Shown: piece after piece, positions 35,857 through 48,399 of the stretch
Layout of the letters: each line of letters opens with the position of its first letter
How positions within the stretch are numbered: the stretch's first letter is position 1
Assembly: GCA_035221665.1 (NCBI GenBank)
Contig: CM069137.1
Location: 76,818,001-76,882,000, forward strand
Source of the DNA: Okamejei kenojei
Taxonomy: Eukaryota
Length of the DNA stretch: 64,000 nt
Direction: 5' to 3'
Notes under the pieces: model-generated
What the model saw: only the letters and a program-made list of their open reading frames with translations
What the model was told of the DNA's origin: nothing
Databases searched by the model: none
Made by a program: the position numbers and the translations under genes

Positions 35857-37037
35857 CTTCAAAATATATTATAATTTTAAGATTAATACAACTTCTGTAA
35901 ACTAAAATTATAACTAATATAATGTTAAAAGAGTATAAATGTATGTAATAGGGAATCATGATATCATGATATCTACTACTTGCTCTTCTCTTGTATTGGG
36001 GGGAGGAACTAACTAACCGAGAACAAGTGTGCAGAAAATGTAACATTATTAATCTATGCTTTCATTATTTTACAGGCAACAGATTAAACTTGTTAAAAAC
36101 CAGTGAAAGATGTTGGCCCTACTGACCATGCTTTCTTTATCATCTCCATTCATCTCTACTAATCGTTATTCACTTCTGACTTAGCATTGATATAAATCAT
36201 AATGACACAAGTCAAGTTTGAACATGTTGGTAGATGTTCCATTCTGATAGCTGTATCACCAAAACATATTCCAGATTGCTCACTGCAGCACATTCCTCTT
36301 TCTTGCAAGAAGTGGCAGCATAAAAACAGGTATCAACCCTCATAGAAATGGCAATGCTGACCGCACTACCAGAATTATGAGATGTTTCCTGAATCTCTGG
36401 ATTCCAGTATTGTGGAAAAAGCCATATTCATAACTGTTTAGAGGCAAGGTCACCTTGACTACAAAATCACAGTTGTCCTTGCCCCAATTTGTGGTGGAAA
36501 TTTTGCTTAAATCTGGCCTGTTACCTGGAGTTAAAGTTCCATGGTTAGAGGGAAATGGGAAGAAATGGCTTCCTTTATTTTGGTATATAGTATTAACACA
36601 AGCATGATTTTGTTTAAGTAACAAAAACAGTTTGATAAATAATTTTGGTTAAATTATGATTGCTCCTAAATATTTATTATTCTTTACGCTAATATCAAAT
36701 GATGTTTTACGTTTACTATTTGAATGAAATCAGTGAAGATATAAAGGCATCCAGTCAATGTCAACAATGATCAATCTGAGCGATTTTTGTAAATTCTCCG
36801 ATGACTGCAAATGTTATAATCAGCCAATGGAATAATCCAAAATTTATTTTCCTACCATGTCTCCAGCCCTTCGAAAGATATTTATATCCTTAATTGTCCA
36901 ATAGATTTTATAACAACAATAACACACAAATATATAAAAACAGACATGGACATAGAATGGAATTAATCATTTAAAAAGTGACAAGGTACATTTCTGACAA
37001 CATACTTTTAGCGCTTAAATCTCAAAAGGAAACATAC

Positions 37038-37106
37038 CTTTCTCTGGAACAACCTCTTTCTTTGGTTTCAATGGTTCAGGCGCCGGCTTCTTAGGTACTT
37101 CGGGTT
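37038..37106 (-). CDS. TTN: Titin PEVK 69-nt array exon
   Basis: (E)PEVPKKPAPEPLKPKKEVVPEK. Confidence 0.85.
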
Positions 37107-38367
37107 CTTCAAGAAATATTATAAAATTGATATTAAATACAACTACTGTAACAAAACATAACCAATATAAAAAAGAGCACAAATATGTGTGACATTGAAT
37201 CCTGATTCCAAGTACTTGCCCTTCCCTTGTGCTGAAGGATGAGCCGACTAACCTCTGAGAACGAGTGCGCAGATAATGTAACATTATTAATCTATGCTCA
37301 TTCATTGGGCAACAGATTAAACTTGTCTAAAACTACTAAATGTTGTTGGCCATATTGACCATGCTTTCAACTCCATTGAATTCAACTTAACTCTGCCATT
37401 CATATACTTCAGCTCAGATTCAGCATCAATTTTTGCAGCAAATCTTATATTCAGCCAATGGAATTATCTTGACATTTATTTTCCTATCCTGTCTTCAGCC
37501 CACCTAAAGATTTTTTTATACCCTTGGTAGAGTTTAAAAAAATAATAACATGAATATACACAAACAGACAAGAACATAGAATAGAATTAATTTAAAAAAA
37601 ACCAAGGTATTTATTTCTCACATATTTTTAGCATTTAAATCAACAAAAAGAAATATTATAATTTCAAAATTGAAACAACTATTTAAACCAAAAGTACCAA
37701 TATAACAAATTAAGGTAGCACAAAGACACACAACAGAGAAATGTGATACCACCTAGTTTCCCTTCCCCTGTAAATGTACAGGAGGTGAAATCGACTAGCC
37801 ACTGAGAACCAGAAAATGTTATATTAATCATTATTAATATTATATTAATATAACCAGAAAATGTTATATTAATCATCTGTGTCATCACTTTGCAGCCAAC
37901 AGATTAAACTGTTCTAAACCCAGAATAAAAAATGGTAATGCTTAGCAGGTCAATCAGCATCTCTGAAGAGAGACAGGTCAACAGTCTTTAATTGAACTTT
38001 CACCTATTCTGGAATAATTTCATCAACTTGAAATGCTAACACTTTTCCTCTACCCACCAGTGCCACAAGACCTGCAGTGATTTTGCAATGTTTTCTGTTT
38101 TAAATTCAGTTTTTCAAAATCAGCTTTTCATTTGTCTTTTAATAAATGTTCACTGTTACGTTGTATATTGGTTGCAGATTTTGGGAATGGACCTCATAAT
38201 GTCCATGACTTAAGCAATATAAGATGTGGAAAGTAAATGAAGGGATGCACCTACAGAGACAGCCAGCCCTCAAGGCGCTATCGTACTTAGCACCATTGCA
38301 AAACTCAGAAACAATGCTCACTTGCTTGGGTATGCTGATGATATTCAATTATGATAAAACCACAAGT

Positions 38368-38775
38368 CAACAGACAATAGACAATAGGTGCAGGAGTAGG
38401 CCATTTGGCCCTTCGAGCCAGCACCGCCATCATGGCTGATCATCCCCAATCAGTACCCTGTTCCTGCCTTCTCCGCATATCCCCAGACTCTGCTATTTTT
38501 AAGTCCTATCTAGCTCTCTCTTGAAAGCATCCAGAGAACCCGCCTTCACCGCCCTCTGAGGCAGAGAATTCCACAGACTCACCACTCTCTCTGAGAAAAA
38601 GTGTTTCCTCGTCTCCATTCTAAATGGCTTACTCCTTATTCTTAAACTGTGGCCCCTGGTTCTGGACTCCCCCAACATCGGGAACATGTTTCCTGCCTCT
38701 AGCGTGTCCAAACTCTTAACAATCTTATATGTTTCAATGATATCACCTTTCATCCTTCTAAACCAGAGTGTACAA
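38368..38775 (-). mobile_element. CR1 3' fragment
   Basis: FRRMKGDIIETYKI...FFSERVVSLWNSLP; (caataga)n tail. Confidence 0.88.
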
Positions 38776-38997
38776 GCCCAGCTGCTTTCCCTCTCTCTCC
38801 ATCCCCTTCCTCCCACCAGTCTTACTGTTTCCGACTACATTCTATCTCTGTCCCGCCCACTCCCCTGACATCAGTCTGAAGAAGGGTCTCGACCTGAAAC
38901 GTCACCCATTCCTTCTTTCCAGAGATGCTGCCTGTCCCTCCAGCATTTTGTGTCTACGTTGGATTTAAACCAGCATCTGCAGTTCTTTCCTACACAG
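38776..38997 (+). mobile_element. Penelope-derived pLTR fragment
   Basis: Pyrimidine-rich tract, hammerhead core and the conserved gatgctgcctg...cagcatctgcagttc tail. Confidence 0.7.
38872..38907 (+). ncRNA. Minimal type-I hammerhead ribozyme motif
   Basis: CUGAAGA-A-GGGUCUCGACCU-GAAAC-GUC; all core nucleotides present. Confidence 0.6.
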
Positions 38998-38999
38998 TA

Positions 39000-39578
39000 A
39001 TGGCAAGATAATTACATGCCCACGTGGTGTGAGTCGTTGATGATATTACCTGCCTTTTTGATGCAGCACCTCCTGTAGGTACCTTCGATGTTGGGGAGAT
39101 CAGTACCCGTGATGGATCAGGTGACGTCTACCACTTTCTGCACTGAACTGTGTCACGGTGCAACCAGCCACTATGCTCTCTATCGTATACCTATAGACGT
39201 TCATAAGAGTATTTGCTGACAAACCAAATCTTCTTAATCTTCCAAGGAAGTAGAAGTGGTGATGACCTTTCTATGTGATTGCATCTATGTGCTGGGTCCA
39301 TGACAAAATCTTCAGAGATATCTACTCCCAGGAACCTGAAGCCGTTGACTCTCTTCCATTACCGTCCCGTAGATGAAAACAGGTTCATGGATCCTTGGAT
39401 TTCCCTTCCTGAAGTCAACAATCAAGTCTATGGTCTTGCTAACTCTGAGAGCAAGGTTGTTATTCTAGCACCGTTCAGTCAGGTCATCAATCTCCCTCCA
39501 GTTCTCGGACTTATCGCTACCCATTATTTGTCCTGGAATGGTGGTATCATCGACAAACTTAAAGATTATGTTAATTGA
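39000..39578 (-). mobile_element. Rex1/Babar-type LINE RT fragment
   Basis: Minus-strand IFKFVDDTTI...NNNLALRVSKTIDLIVDFR. Confidence 0.75.
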
Positions 39579-41007
39579 AACATGGTTTCTCCGTGCAATG
39601 CATTCCTCATTCTTGCAGGTGTGACAGCATAAAACCAGGTTTCAAAATTAAGTAGATGAGGGAAAGCATGCCTACATATTTTACTCGAGCAGAGTTAGAG
39701 GTATCTTTAAATTTGCTACCGATGCCACGGTTGTTGGTAGAATAACAGATAACAATGACTCAGAGTACAGGACATTATAAAGAAGCCTGGAAATGAATTT
39801 TAAATGTAGCTCAGAAATTGATAAAGTGAATTTCGATGAGGATACATGAAGGGACTGGACATGGTGAGACACTAGGCAAGTGTGCGTAGGGCAGAACAGA
39901 GGGAGGAAAAAGACAATGCTAGTGTTTGCTCATGAAGAGGATATAACATCACACATTAGTTCAGCTTCAGAGGTGTCGATTAAAGACTTTGGTGGTCAAA
40001 CTACAGAAGGAGATTGATTCATGAACATAACCAAATGTCTGGTGGACTGTTAAAAATTCCATAAAGACAGAATTCAATGTTACAACCCATGGGGGAGTTC
40101 AGCACCAAGTTGGTATCCTGCTCTATCCACAACAGAGCCTACCCTCCAAGTAAGGAAGAAGTTCAAACTCCATTGTTACATTTGTGCAGTATTGGATGGC
40201 TGATCAAGGTCTGAGCCCTGCAGATGAAGCTTACAATGTATCCAATATGGCACTGGATACCACTATTCAAAAGGGTTTCAAAAGTGCTAAAATCATTAAT
40301 GATTTTATTCACCAAAATGCAGGATGACTGAACAAACACATCAGGAAAATAACAGCTGTGCACATCTTCTGCCTTCTCTCGGGACAACAGTATTCCATTC
40401 ATTTGATTTCCGTGTAATAGGTAGTGAGTACGATTGTTTCCTCTTGATGGCAAAAATGTTGTCGGATAACACATTCCAAAATTAATGTTATGAACTACTA
40501 CGAAGAATCTCTCAAAAACTTTAGGCAGCAAAGTTTTGCTTGGTATGCTGTTTCAGATTCTTTGTGGCAGCAAGACTCCAGTTCAGTCCTACGGTATATT
40601 CGTACATAGGATGTGAACTGGGGTCTCAAGCTGTGTCACAAGTGAACAAACCTCATCACGCAGTATGGACATTCCCTTCTTATTTTGATCAAGTATCAGG
40701 ATGGCATAATCATTAATATAACGCCTGATCATTGTTAATAATGATCTGAGTGATTTGTATGAGTTCTCTACTGCCAGCAAATCATATAACCATCCAAAAA
40801 ATAATCCTGACATTTATTTCGCTATCAAATCTCAGGCACATCTACAGGTTTGTTACACCCTGATTGTGCATAGAGTTCATAGCAATAACACATAATTATA
40901 TGAAAATTAACAAGGACATAGAACAGAATTAATAATTTAAAAGTTGCAGGGTCCTTATTTCATTCACATAAACATTTTTAACGATTTATTCAACAAAAGA
41001 AACCTAC

Positions 41008-41076
41008 CTTTTTTTGGCGTAACCTCTTTCTTTGGCTTCAATGTTTCAGGAACTGGCTTCTTAGAAACTTCGGGCA
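41008..41076 (-). CDS. TTN: Titin PEVK 69-nt array exon
   Basis: (V)PEVSKKPVPETLKPKKEVTPKK. Confidence 0.85.
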
Positions 41077-42168
41077 CTTTAAGAAATATTGTAATTTTAA
41101 TTAGCAACTATTGTAACCAAAAGTACTAATATTACAAGTTAAATAGCATACAGAAATGTGACAGAGAAATGCAATACCGACTAGTTTCTCTTATCCTTTA
41201 AATGTACTGGAGGTAAAAGTGGCTAACTACTGAGAATAAGCATGCAGAAGATATTACATTATTAATTTGTGCTCATTCATCACTTTGCAGGCAACAGATT
41301 AAACTGGTTTAAAGCCAGAAAATTACGGGGATATTTAGCAGGTTAGGTAGCATCTGTGAAAAGAGGAAGAGTTAACCTTGTAGTTCCATAATCTTTCATC
41401 AGGATAATAAACTGAATGTTCACCCATGATGATGCAAGTCCATCAACCTGAAACACTAATACTGTTTCTCTACCCATCAATGCTGCTGGACCTTCAGAGA
41501 ATGTGCAGCACCTTGTGTCTTAATTTCAGTTTCCATGAATCTGCAGTTATTGATCTTTCACTGAAATTTCATTGCTACGTTGTTTACTGGCTGCACATAT
41601 TGTAAGCCCCCGTAAGGCAATGCAAGATGTGGAAAGGAAATAAATGCAGTACCCACAGAGATAGCAGGCCTTCAATATATCCATCAGTAGATAGTTGGAA
41701 CAAGTAACAATGGAGACGAATGGTAAAACTATTGCTTTAAGAACATAAAAGCAACACAAGAAAAAAAAGAATAACCCGGAAAGTGGTCTCAACTTCCTTC
41801 AAAGCCCACAAGTCACGTTCACTGCTTACTTCATTAACTTACTTATTGATAATCTCCTTTATATCGGCTATTGGAATGAATTTAGTAAAGTCATAAATAT
41901 AAGTACCGAGTCATTGACAACAATCTCTCCAAGAGATTTTCATAATTTTTATTGCCAGCAAAACTATAATCAACAAAGTAATTTTCCGGCTATATCCCCC
42001 TTAGTACATTCCTACTAAGGTCCATCTAAATGTTTGTTATACTCTTGATTGTGCAACAGAGTTCATAATAATTATTATAACACATAAATACAGCAAAATG
42101 TACAAGGGAATATAATAGAATTAACAATTAAAAATAGCAAGGTACTTAATCAACAAAATATTATCTAC

Positions 42169-42237
42169 CTATCTCTGGAGCAACTTCTTTCTTTGTTTTC
42201 AATGGCTCAGGAACTGGCTTCTTAGGAACCTCGGGCA
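42169..42237 (-). CDS. TTN: Titin PEVK 69-nt array exon
   Basis: (V)PEVPKKPVPEPLKTKKEVAPEI. Confidence 0.85.
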
Positions 42238-42716
42238 CTTAAAAAAAGTTATGATTTTAAGATTAAATACAACTGTCCTAATCAAATACATGAATATAAC
42301 AACATAGCACTAACACGTGACTGCAAAATTCACTAGCTGACATTTAGTGTTCTGCATTAAACATACTGGAGGGCAAAGTAGCCAACCAACAAGAACAGTA
42401 TGTTGCACAGGGGACATGAACAATCTGTGCTCATTCATTATTTTGAAGACAACAGGCCAAACTGGTTTGAAAACAGTAAAAGATGGTAATACTTGGCATG
42501 TTTGGTAGCATCTAAGAAGAGAGTAGCTGGCCCTCGAAATCGATGGAGCTGATGGAAGTTCAATGAACAAAAGTTTTACATGCCTGAAACATTAATTTTA
42601 TTTCACTCTCCCTGAATGATGCCAGATCTGCTGAGAAATTCACTTCTTGGTTTCATTTCACACTTCAAGTATCTAGTTTTTATGCCTTCCCATTAATGTT
42701 AACTGGTACGTTGCCG

Positions 42717-42806
42717 TAGAAGGGTCTCGACCCGAAACTTCACCCATTCCTTCTCTCCAGAGATGCTGCCTGTCCCCCTGAGTTACTCCAGCATTTTGTA
42801 TCTATT
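42717..42806 (+). mobile_element. Penelope-derived fragment, truncated hammerhead
   Basis: agaagggtctcgacccgaaacttcacccattcc... Confidence 0.65.
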
Positions 42807-43289
42807 AACTGGAACATTGTTTACTGACTGCAGGTTTCAGGAATAATGTAAGAACATTAAAAAAACAGTAGCATGTATAGGCCACTTAACTGCACAAGGT
42901 TACCCTGTAATTCACTGTCAATAAGTGCCCCAGGCATCATTTCTATCTACCTGTCAATTCCCCATCATCCTCAATTCCTTGATTTTTCAAACAATGCCTA
43001 CTTAATTATTAAATACCCCAACAACTTAGCTACCTCATTCCTGTGGTGCAGATTATACAACCTTGTGCAAGTCGAAGTTTCCACACATCTCAGTTTTAAA
43101 TGACTACCCTTTAATTATGTGGCCATGATCCTGTAAGTGCACTGATAACATTTATGGCAAAAGCAACATACTGGCAACCTGTTAAAGGAGAAATGCAGTC
43201 AGGTTGCAAGATACTTTTGGAGATTCCTTTCAAAAGTCAATCAAGGCCATGATAAGTTGAGCAATCATGTTTTAGGTGAAAGAATGTAT

Positions 43290-44660
43290 TCCAAGATTTT
43301 CAAGCTATATGATACCGAAACAAAATGGCTGGAGTCCTGAAGCATAAATATAGGGATTTAGGCATAAAGTTAAAAAGCAAGACCTCAGAAGCAGTAATTC
43401 TAGACTACTCCCAGTGTATAAATTAGTGAGAGTAGGAATAGGGATGGGAGATTGCAAACTTCACGGGTCCGCCCTGTTCAAACGAATGCAATCAACCTGC
43501 CGTGCATAATCAAATAAGATCAAATAGAACAAGTTGTCCTACAACTTTAGGCTGTGCATGCCATACACAAGAAGAAGAAGAGTAGGAATAGGAAGGGTGA
43601 ATAAGACAGATGAATGCCTGGATGACGGGCTGGTGAAAGGAGCAGGCTTCAGATCTTTGGACAACTGGGATGACTTCTGGGGCAGAGGTGACCTATACAT
43701 GAGGGATGGATTGCACCCGAATTGCAAAGGGACTGATACCATAGCAGGCAGGTTTGCAAGTGCTATGAGGGTGGGTTTAAACTAGATTAGCAGGGGGATG
43801 AGATCCAATGCAGTAGAGAGGCAGGTATAAGGATGGAAGTCAATGACAGCAAGTTAAACTGACGGGCAGGAGTACAACAGGGAGTGAGGAAATATGTTTG
43901 GATTCAATTGTACTTTTTTTCAATAAAAGAGGCCTGACAGGTAAGGCAAATTAATTCAGGGAGTTGATAGGTTTGTGCGACTAGGACATTTACAGAACTA
44001 TTCCAACTGTTACAGAAGCCTGACTATGTGCGACTATTACAGAAACCTGGCTAAGAGAGGTTCAGGACTGGCAGCTTAATGCTCTGGGGTACAGCTGCTA
44101 CAGGTGAAATATGGGGGGGGGGGGTTGTTTTATTCATTAAGGTGAACATCACAACAGTAGTCCAAGATCACATAATAATGAGGGACCAACTAGCGAGGCT
44201 ATGTGAGTGGATATGAGAAATAAAAAGCAGATGATCAACTATTTGGGGTTGTACGCTAAGCACCCAAATAATTAATCTGCAAGACTAATAGGATTCTCAT
44301 GGTAGGGGATTTTAACTTTCCCCAATATAGACTTGGACTGTCAGTCTATAGTTAGTAAAGGGCATAAATGGGGTGGAATTTGTCAAGTGTGTTCAGGAAC
44401 GTTTTTTCAGACAATATGTGAAGCGCCCCACAGCGGAGACGGCAACACTTGCTTATTCTTAGGGAATTGGGCACGACAATTGGGCTATTGTCTATTGACA
44501 AATTAATGAAGTGTCGCTGGGTAAGCAATTTGGGACCCGTGGCAACAGTTTTACTAGCTTTAAAGTAATTAGGGATAAGGACAGGGCTGGTCTACAAGAT
44601 AAAGTTCTAAATTGGGCAACGCCAACTTTGATTGTTTACACAAGAACTTGCAAAAGTTGA
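43290..44660 (+). mobile_element. CR1 5' internal fragment (ORF1 esterase and ORF2 APE endonuclease)
   Basis: WDDFWGRGDLYMRDGLHPN (SGNH DxxH), ITETWL, GDFNFPNID. Confidence 0.85.
43443..43578 (+). mobile_element. Short (GAA)n-tailed retro-insertion
   Basis: 14-bp TSD agagtaggaatagg. Confidence 0.8.
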
Positions 44661-44791
44661 ATTGGGGTAAATCCAAAATAGCCTATTTTGTGAAGTGAAA
44701 ACAGCCAATTTGTAAAATAATGATCTACAAAAGGGTTGAAATTAAGATTGCTATCTTTAAGTTCACAGATCTATAAAGCTGCAGCAAGTAA

Positions 44792-45009
44792 AGGGCCTGT
44801 CCCACTTGGCCGTCATATGCACGTAATTTACGCAACATAATTTATGCATCACGATGCACAACGCGCGCGTCATGACACACACGTGATGCGCGCATGGTGC
44901 GTGATGACATGGGCAGTGACCTGCGGCCGCGCGCGGGATTTTGTGATTTACAAAATCTTCGTGCGCCATCTGTGTGACGCGGAAATGAACGCGAAGTGGG
45001 ACAGGCCCT
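44792..45009. mobile_element. PIF/Harbinger-type MITE
   Basis: TAA|agggcctgtcccactt...aagtgggacaggccct|TAA. Confidence 0.9.
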
Positions 45010-45107
45010 TAAGACTTTAATTATTCCAGTTCATATCTAGTGCATTATAAGACAAATAAACACAATTGAACTGCTGAAAGCTGTATAAAACCCAAGTTTT
45101 CTTGTAC

Positions 45108-45182
45108 CTTCAGGTTTAGCATCCTCTTTTAGAGTGGTAGCTGGTTTCAGTTCATCAATTTTCTGCTTAGGAACCTCTGGCA
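45108..45182 (-). CDS. TTN: Titin PEVK exon (75 nt)
   Basis: (V)PEVPKQKIDELKPATTLKEDAKPE. Confidence 0.82.
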
Positions 45183-45667
45183 CTTTAAAGAACAATAGAA
45201 TAATTTAATAATGGGTTGCTGAAGAAATTGTACCACTTTAATGATTTACAGTTGACTTTTGTCCACAATAAAACATACAAAAACTAGACATAACAGAAGG
45301 CTATTGGAAAAAGTTCTATAAATTAATAACTTACCTTTATTAATAAGTAAAACCATGTTTACTTATGAATACAGTATACTGCTTTTTTGTGTTAATGCAA
45401 TTAAAAAATATCCTGTGCTATTTCTCCAGTTAAATGAAAAAAATAATTTATTCACGTTAAAAAATATTCATTTGCATTTGACGAATGCAGTTACTAATAT
45501 CTGATTTTTTTGAACCAATCCATAAATTATTGGATATATTCTCTATAGTACAAAATATGTCATTGACATTTACAACGTGGATAACACAAAGATACAATAT
45601 ATCACAACACAAATGGACACTACACAATGATAATGAAAACTGGATTTAAGTGTGCATAAAGAGACAT

Positions 45668-45745
45668 GGGACATGGGCAAGACCAGAACATTATCAGACA
45701 TCAAAAGGGACATGGGCAAGACCAGAACATTATCAGACATCAAAA
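45668..45745. repeat. Perfect 39-bp tandem duplication
   Basis: gggacatgggcaagaccagaacattatcagacatcaaaa x2. Confidence 0.9.
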
Positions 45746-45779
45746 GAATTTAACTCAAATCCTTCCTTTTAGCATATAC

Positions 45780-45857
45780 CTTTTTTTGGTGGAACTTTTA
45801 CTTTTCCTGGAACAGCAACTTGCTTCTCCACTTCAATAACACGCTCTTTTGAAAGCT
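45780..45857 (-). CDS. TTN: Titin PEVK exon with mutated ancestral acceptor
   Basis: (E)LSKERVIEVEKQVAVPGKVKVPPKK; ancestral AG reads AA at 45864-45865; in-frame CAG 6 nt inside. Confidence 0.55.
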
Positions 45858-46296
45858 CTGACATTTTAAAGAATATTATTATCATTTTAGAGTAGGTTTA
45901 TTTTAGAATGAGTTAATTTCAAGATTGAGAAAATGATGGTCTAAACTAAGATGAGTGACAGACAAAAATAAAAATAAAATATTGTATTTTGTATTGTATA
46001 AATATAACTACTGATTAATAGAAACTATCGTACTTGGCATTAGTTTCTTTACAGACAGTAAGATGAATTGTACATACAAATAAGAAACATAAACTATGTT
46101 AACTATCACGCTGCAGCACAGTAGGTTTAGATGAAGAAACAAATGAATGAAATTCATGCTGGAATAAGAAGCACTTTAAGAAAAATCTTATTATGATTTG
46201 CAGACAGAAATATAATATTTGCTTTTAAATTGATGGAAAGAACAGGACCCCAAAACTTATGGGCTTTAGATGGGATGTTTCCTATGTCGTTGATAC

Positions 46297-46359
46297 CTTT
46301 GGTCAGTGTAATTTCTTTCCATGATTCTTCAGCAAATGGTTCCTTTGGAACATCTGGCA
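46297..46359 (-). CDS. TTN: Titin PEVK exon (63 nt)
   Basis: (V)PDVPKEPFAEESWKEITLTK. Confidence 0.75.
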
Positions 46360-46752
46360 CTTTAAAGAACATTATTGATTTAAGATGAGTTTCAGGTAAG
46401 AATAACAATAAAGCTAGTTAAACAATCCAGGCATTTATAAGACATTTACTATATGTATACCTAAAACACAATGTAAATGCAGAATAATTGTTCAATCAAA
46501 GGTAGCAAATCATTGTAAATAGTAATAATGCCATGCTTCAGGATTGGCAAAGTGTTTTTGAGAAGTGTACTTGATATCAATTATCTTCATGAGAAAGAAA
46601 GTTTACTCTTGATTTCCGGTTTAGTTAAAAATAAGAAGTACTAAATCATTTTCTGGATAGGATCAAATAAGCACCCATATTATATAAAAACTTGATTTTA
46701 AGGAACAAAGAGGAAAGACTAAGAAATATTTGTACAGATTTTTTTAATATAC

Positions 46753-46833
46753 CTGTTATCAGAGTTGTCTTTTCTCTTGTAATTTTAACTGTTTGGACTT
46801 GTTCAGGTTTGGGTTTCTGTGGGATCTCCAGAA
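46753..46833 (-). CDS. TTN: Titin PEVK exon (81 nt)
   Basis: (V)LEIPQKPKPEQVQTVKITREKTTLIT. Confidence 0.75.
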
Positions 46834-47396
46834 CTGAAGAATAATCATTGATCATTATAGGTTTATTGATCACTTATGTGACTCAGATGTGAGTACAAAT
46901 TAAGAAAACATGAAACATACACAGCAGACAATATTGATATAGTTGCAATTTTCTTGTACAGGACATAAATATTAAAAGTTTTTAGATGAATGTTTTCTAG
47001 GAATTTGAACATCAAATAATCAGAAGAATAATTTCATGATGTAGAATATCAGCCACAATAATAATAAAATAAAAAATTAATTGTATTCAATTATAAAATA
47101 TTATTTTGTATTAACCCGTTAATGAAGTTTAACTTTAACCCGTTAATTAAGTTTATGATAGCAGTAAGACGAACAGCAAAACATTTTGTTTAGATTAACA
47201 TCATTGCTATGACAGTACAAACAATACAATCAGACAATACAATACAATCAGATGTATTGCGTACATGCACATTGAACAAAATTATAAATGAAAAATGGCT
47301 AGGATTTTTAGGGATGGACTTAGAAAGATGGAAAGCAGGAATTACTTTCATAATATAGCATGAAAGTCTGTAAGAAATCCCAAACATCTGTTGTAC

Positions 47397-47477
47397 CTTT
47401 AACAGGAGCAGCCGCTTTTCTCTCCTGAACGTCTTGTTGGAATTCTTCAATCACTGTCCTCGTATAAGCTTCTTTCA
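47397..47477 (-). CDS. TTN: Titin PEVK-derived exon (81 nt)
   Basis: (V)KEAYTRTVIEEFQQDVQERKAAAPVK; same splice context as neighbouring exons. Confidence 0.7.
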
Positions 47478-48399
47478 CTTAGAAGAATATTGTTGTTGTT
47501 TAAAGATGCAATTCATTCAATAAAACATAAATAGTTTTGAAACCATTGAAAACAAGAGTCAAGAATCAAAGCGCATAAATGACATAACAACATCAACGAA
47601 CATTTTATTTTAGAAAGACATGGTATTTAAATGTCTATGGACTAAGTCGGTAAAGATTTATGTGGAACAGTGAGAACATGTGCCACTGGCGAACTTAATA
47701 GTATGTAAAATTGAAGAAATAGGTCTAATTTGGTGATAAATCAGTACAAAACCCAGTAGGGAATTTAAAATGTTCAGCTTCAAATTAAGCATAAAACAAT
47801 AAGGGCTCTGTAGTGAGAAGATATTTTAACTGTCCACTTACATCTTATACATCCCAGGGCTTCCTGATAAACTTGATGGGTGGCAGGAATGCAAATGTAT
47901 TATTTTGCTCAGTGAAGTTTAGATGGCTTTATGATTGTAGAGATCCAGATGTTGGGATTGCACAACACTATGTGGGGAGTTGCCTATCCTGCCTTCTGTC
48001 ATTATGATCTGGTGCAAGCTCTGAGATATCTTGACTTCAGAGAGGTTTGTGGGCCATGGATTAAGAGACAAGGGGACGGCATTTAATTATTTTATTATAT
48101 AATATTTTGCTTTAGTTTATATGTCATTTATATATTTTTGTTAATTCTGTGTGTTACTTCAATTAAAAATAAAAGTCTAATTTATTTAAACCGCATTTAA
48201 ACCCAATAAAACATAAAAAGTGCAACCATACATAAAGAATAACATCACATTGCAACTAAACCGAAAAATACGCAAAATGTGGCAAACGACAATTAAAGAA
48301 GCAAGATTCTATTTATGATGTGTGGAGTTCATCAAAAGTATAAATTGTCCACACTTTGTTGTGTAAAGTTTCTATGGATGCCTTCCTTTCATCTCATAC

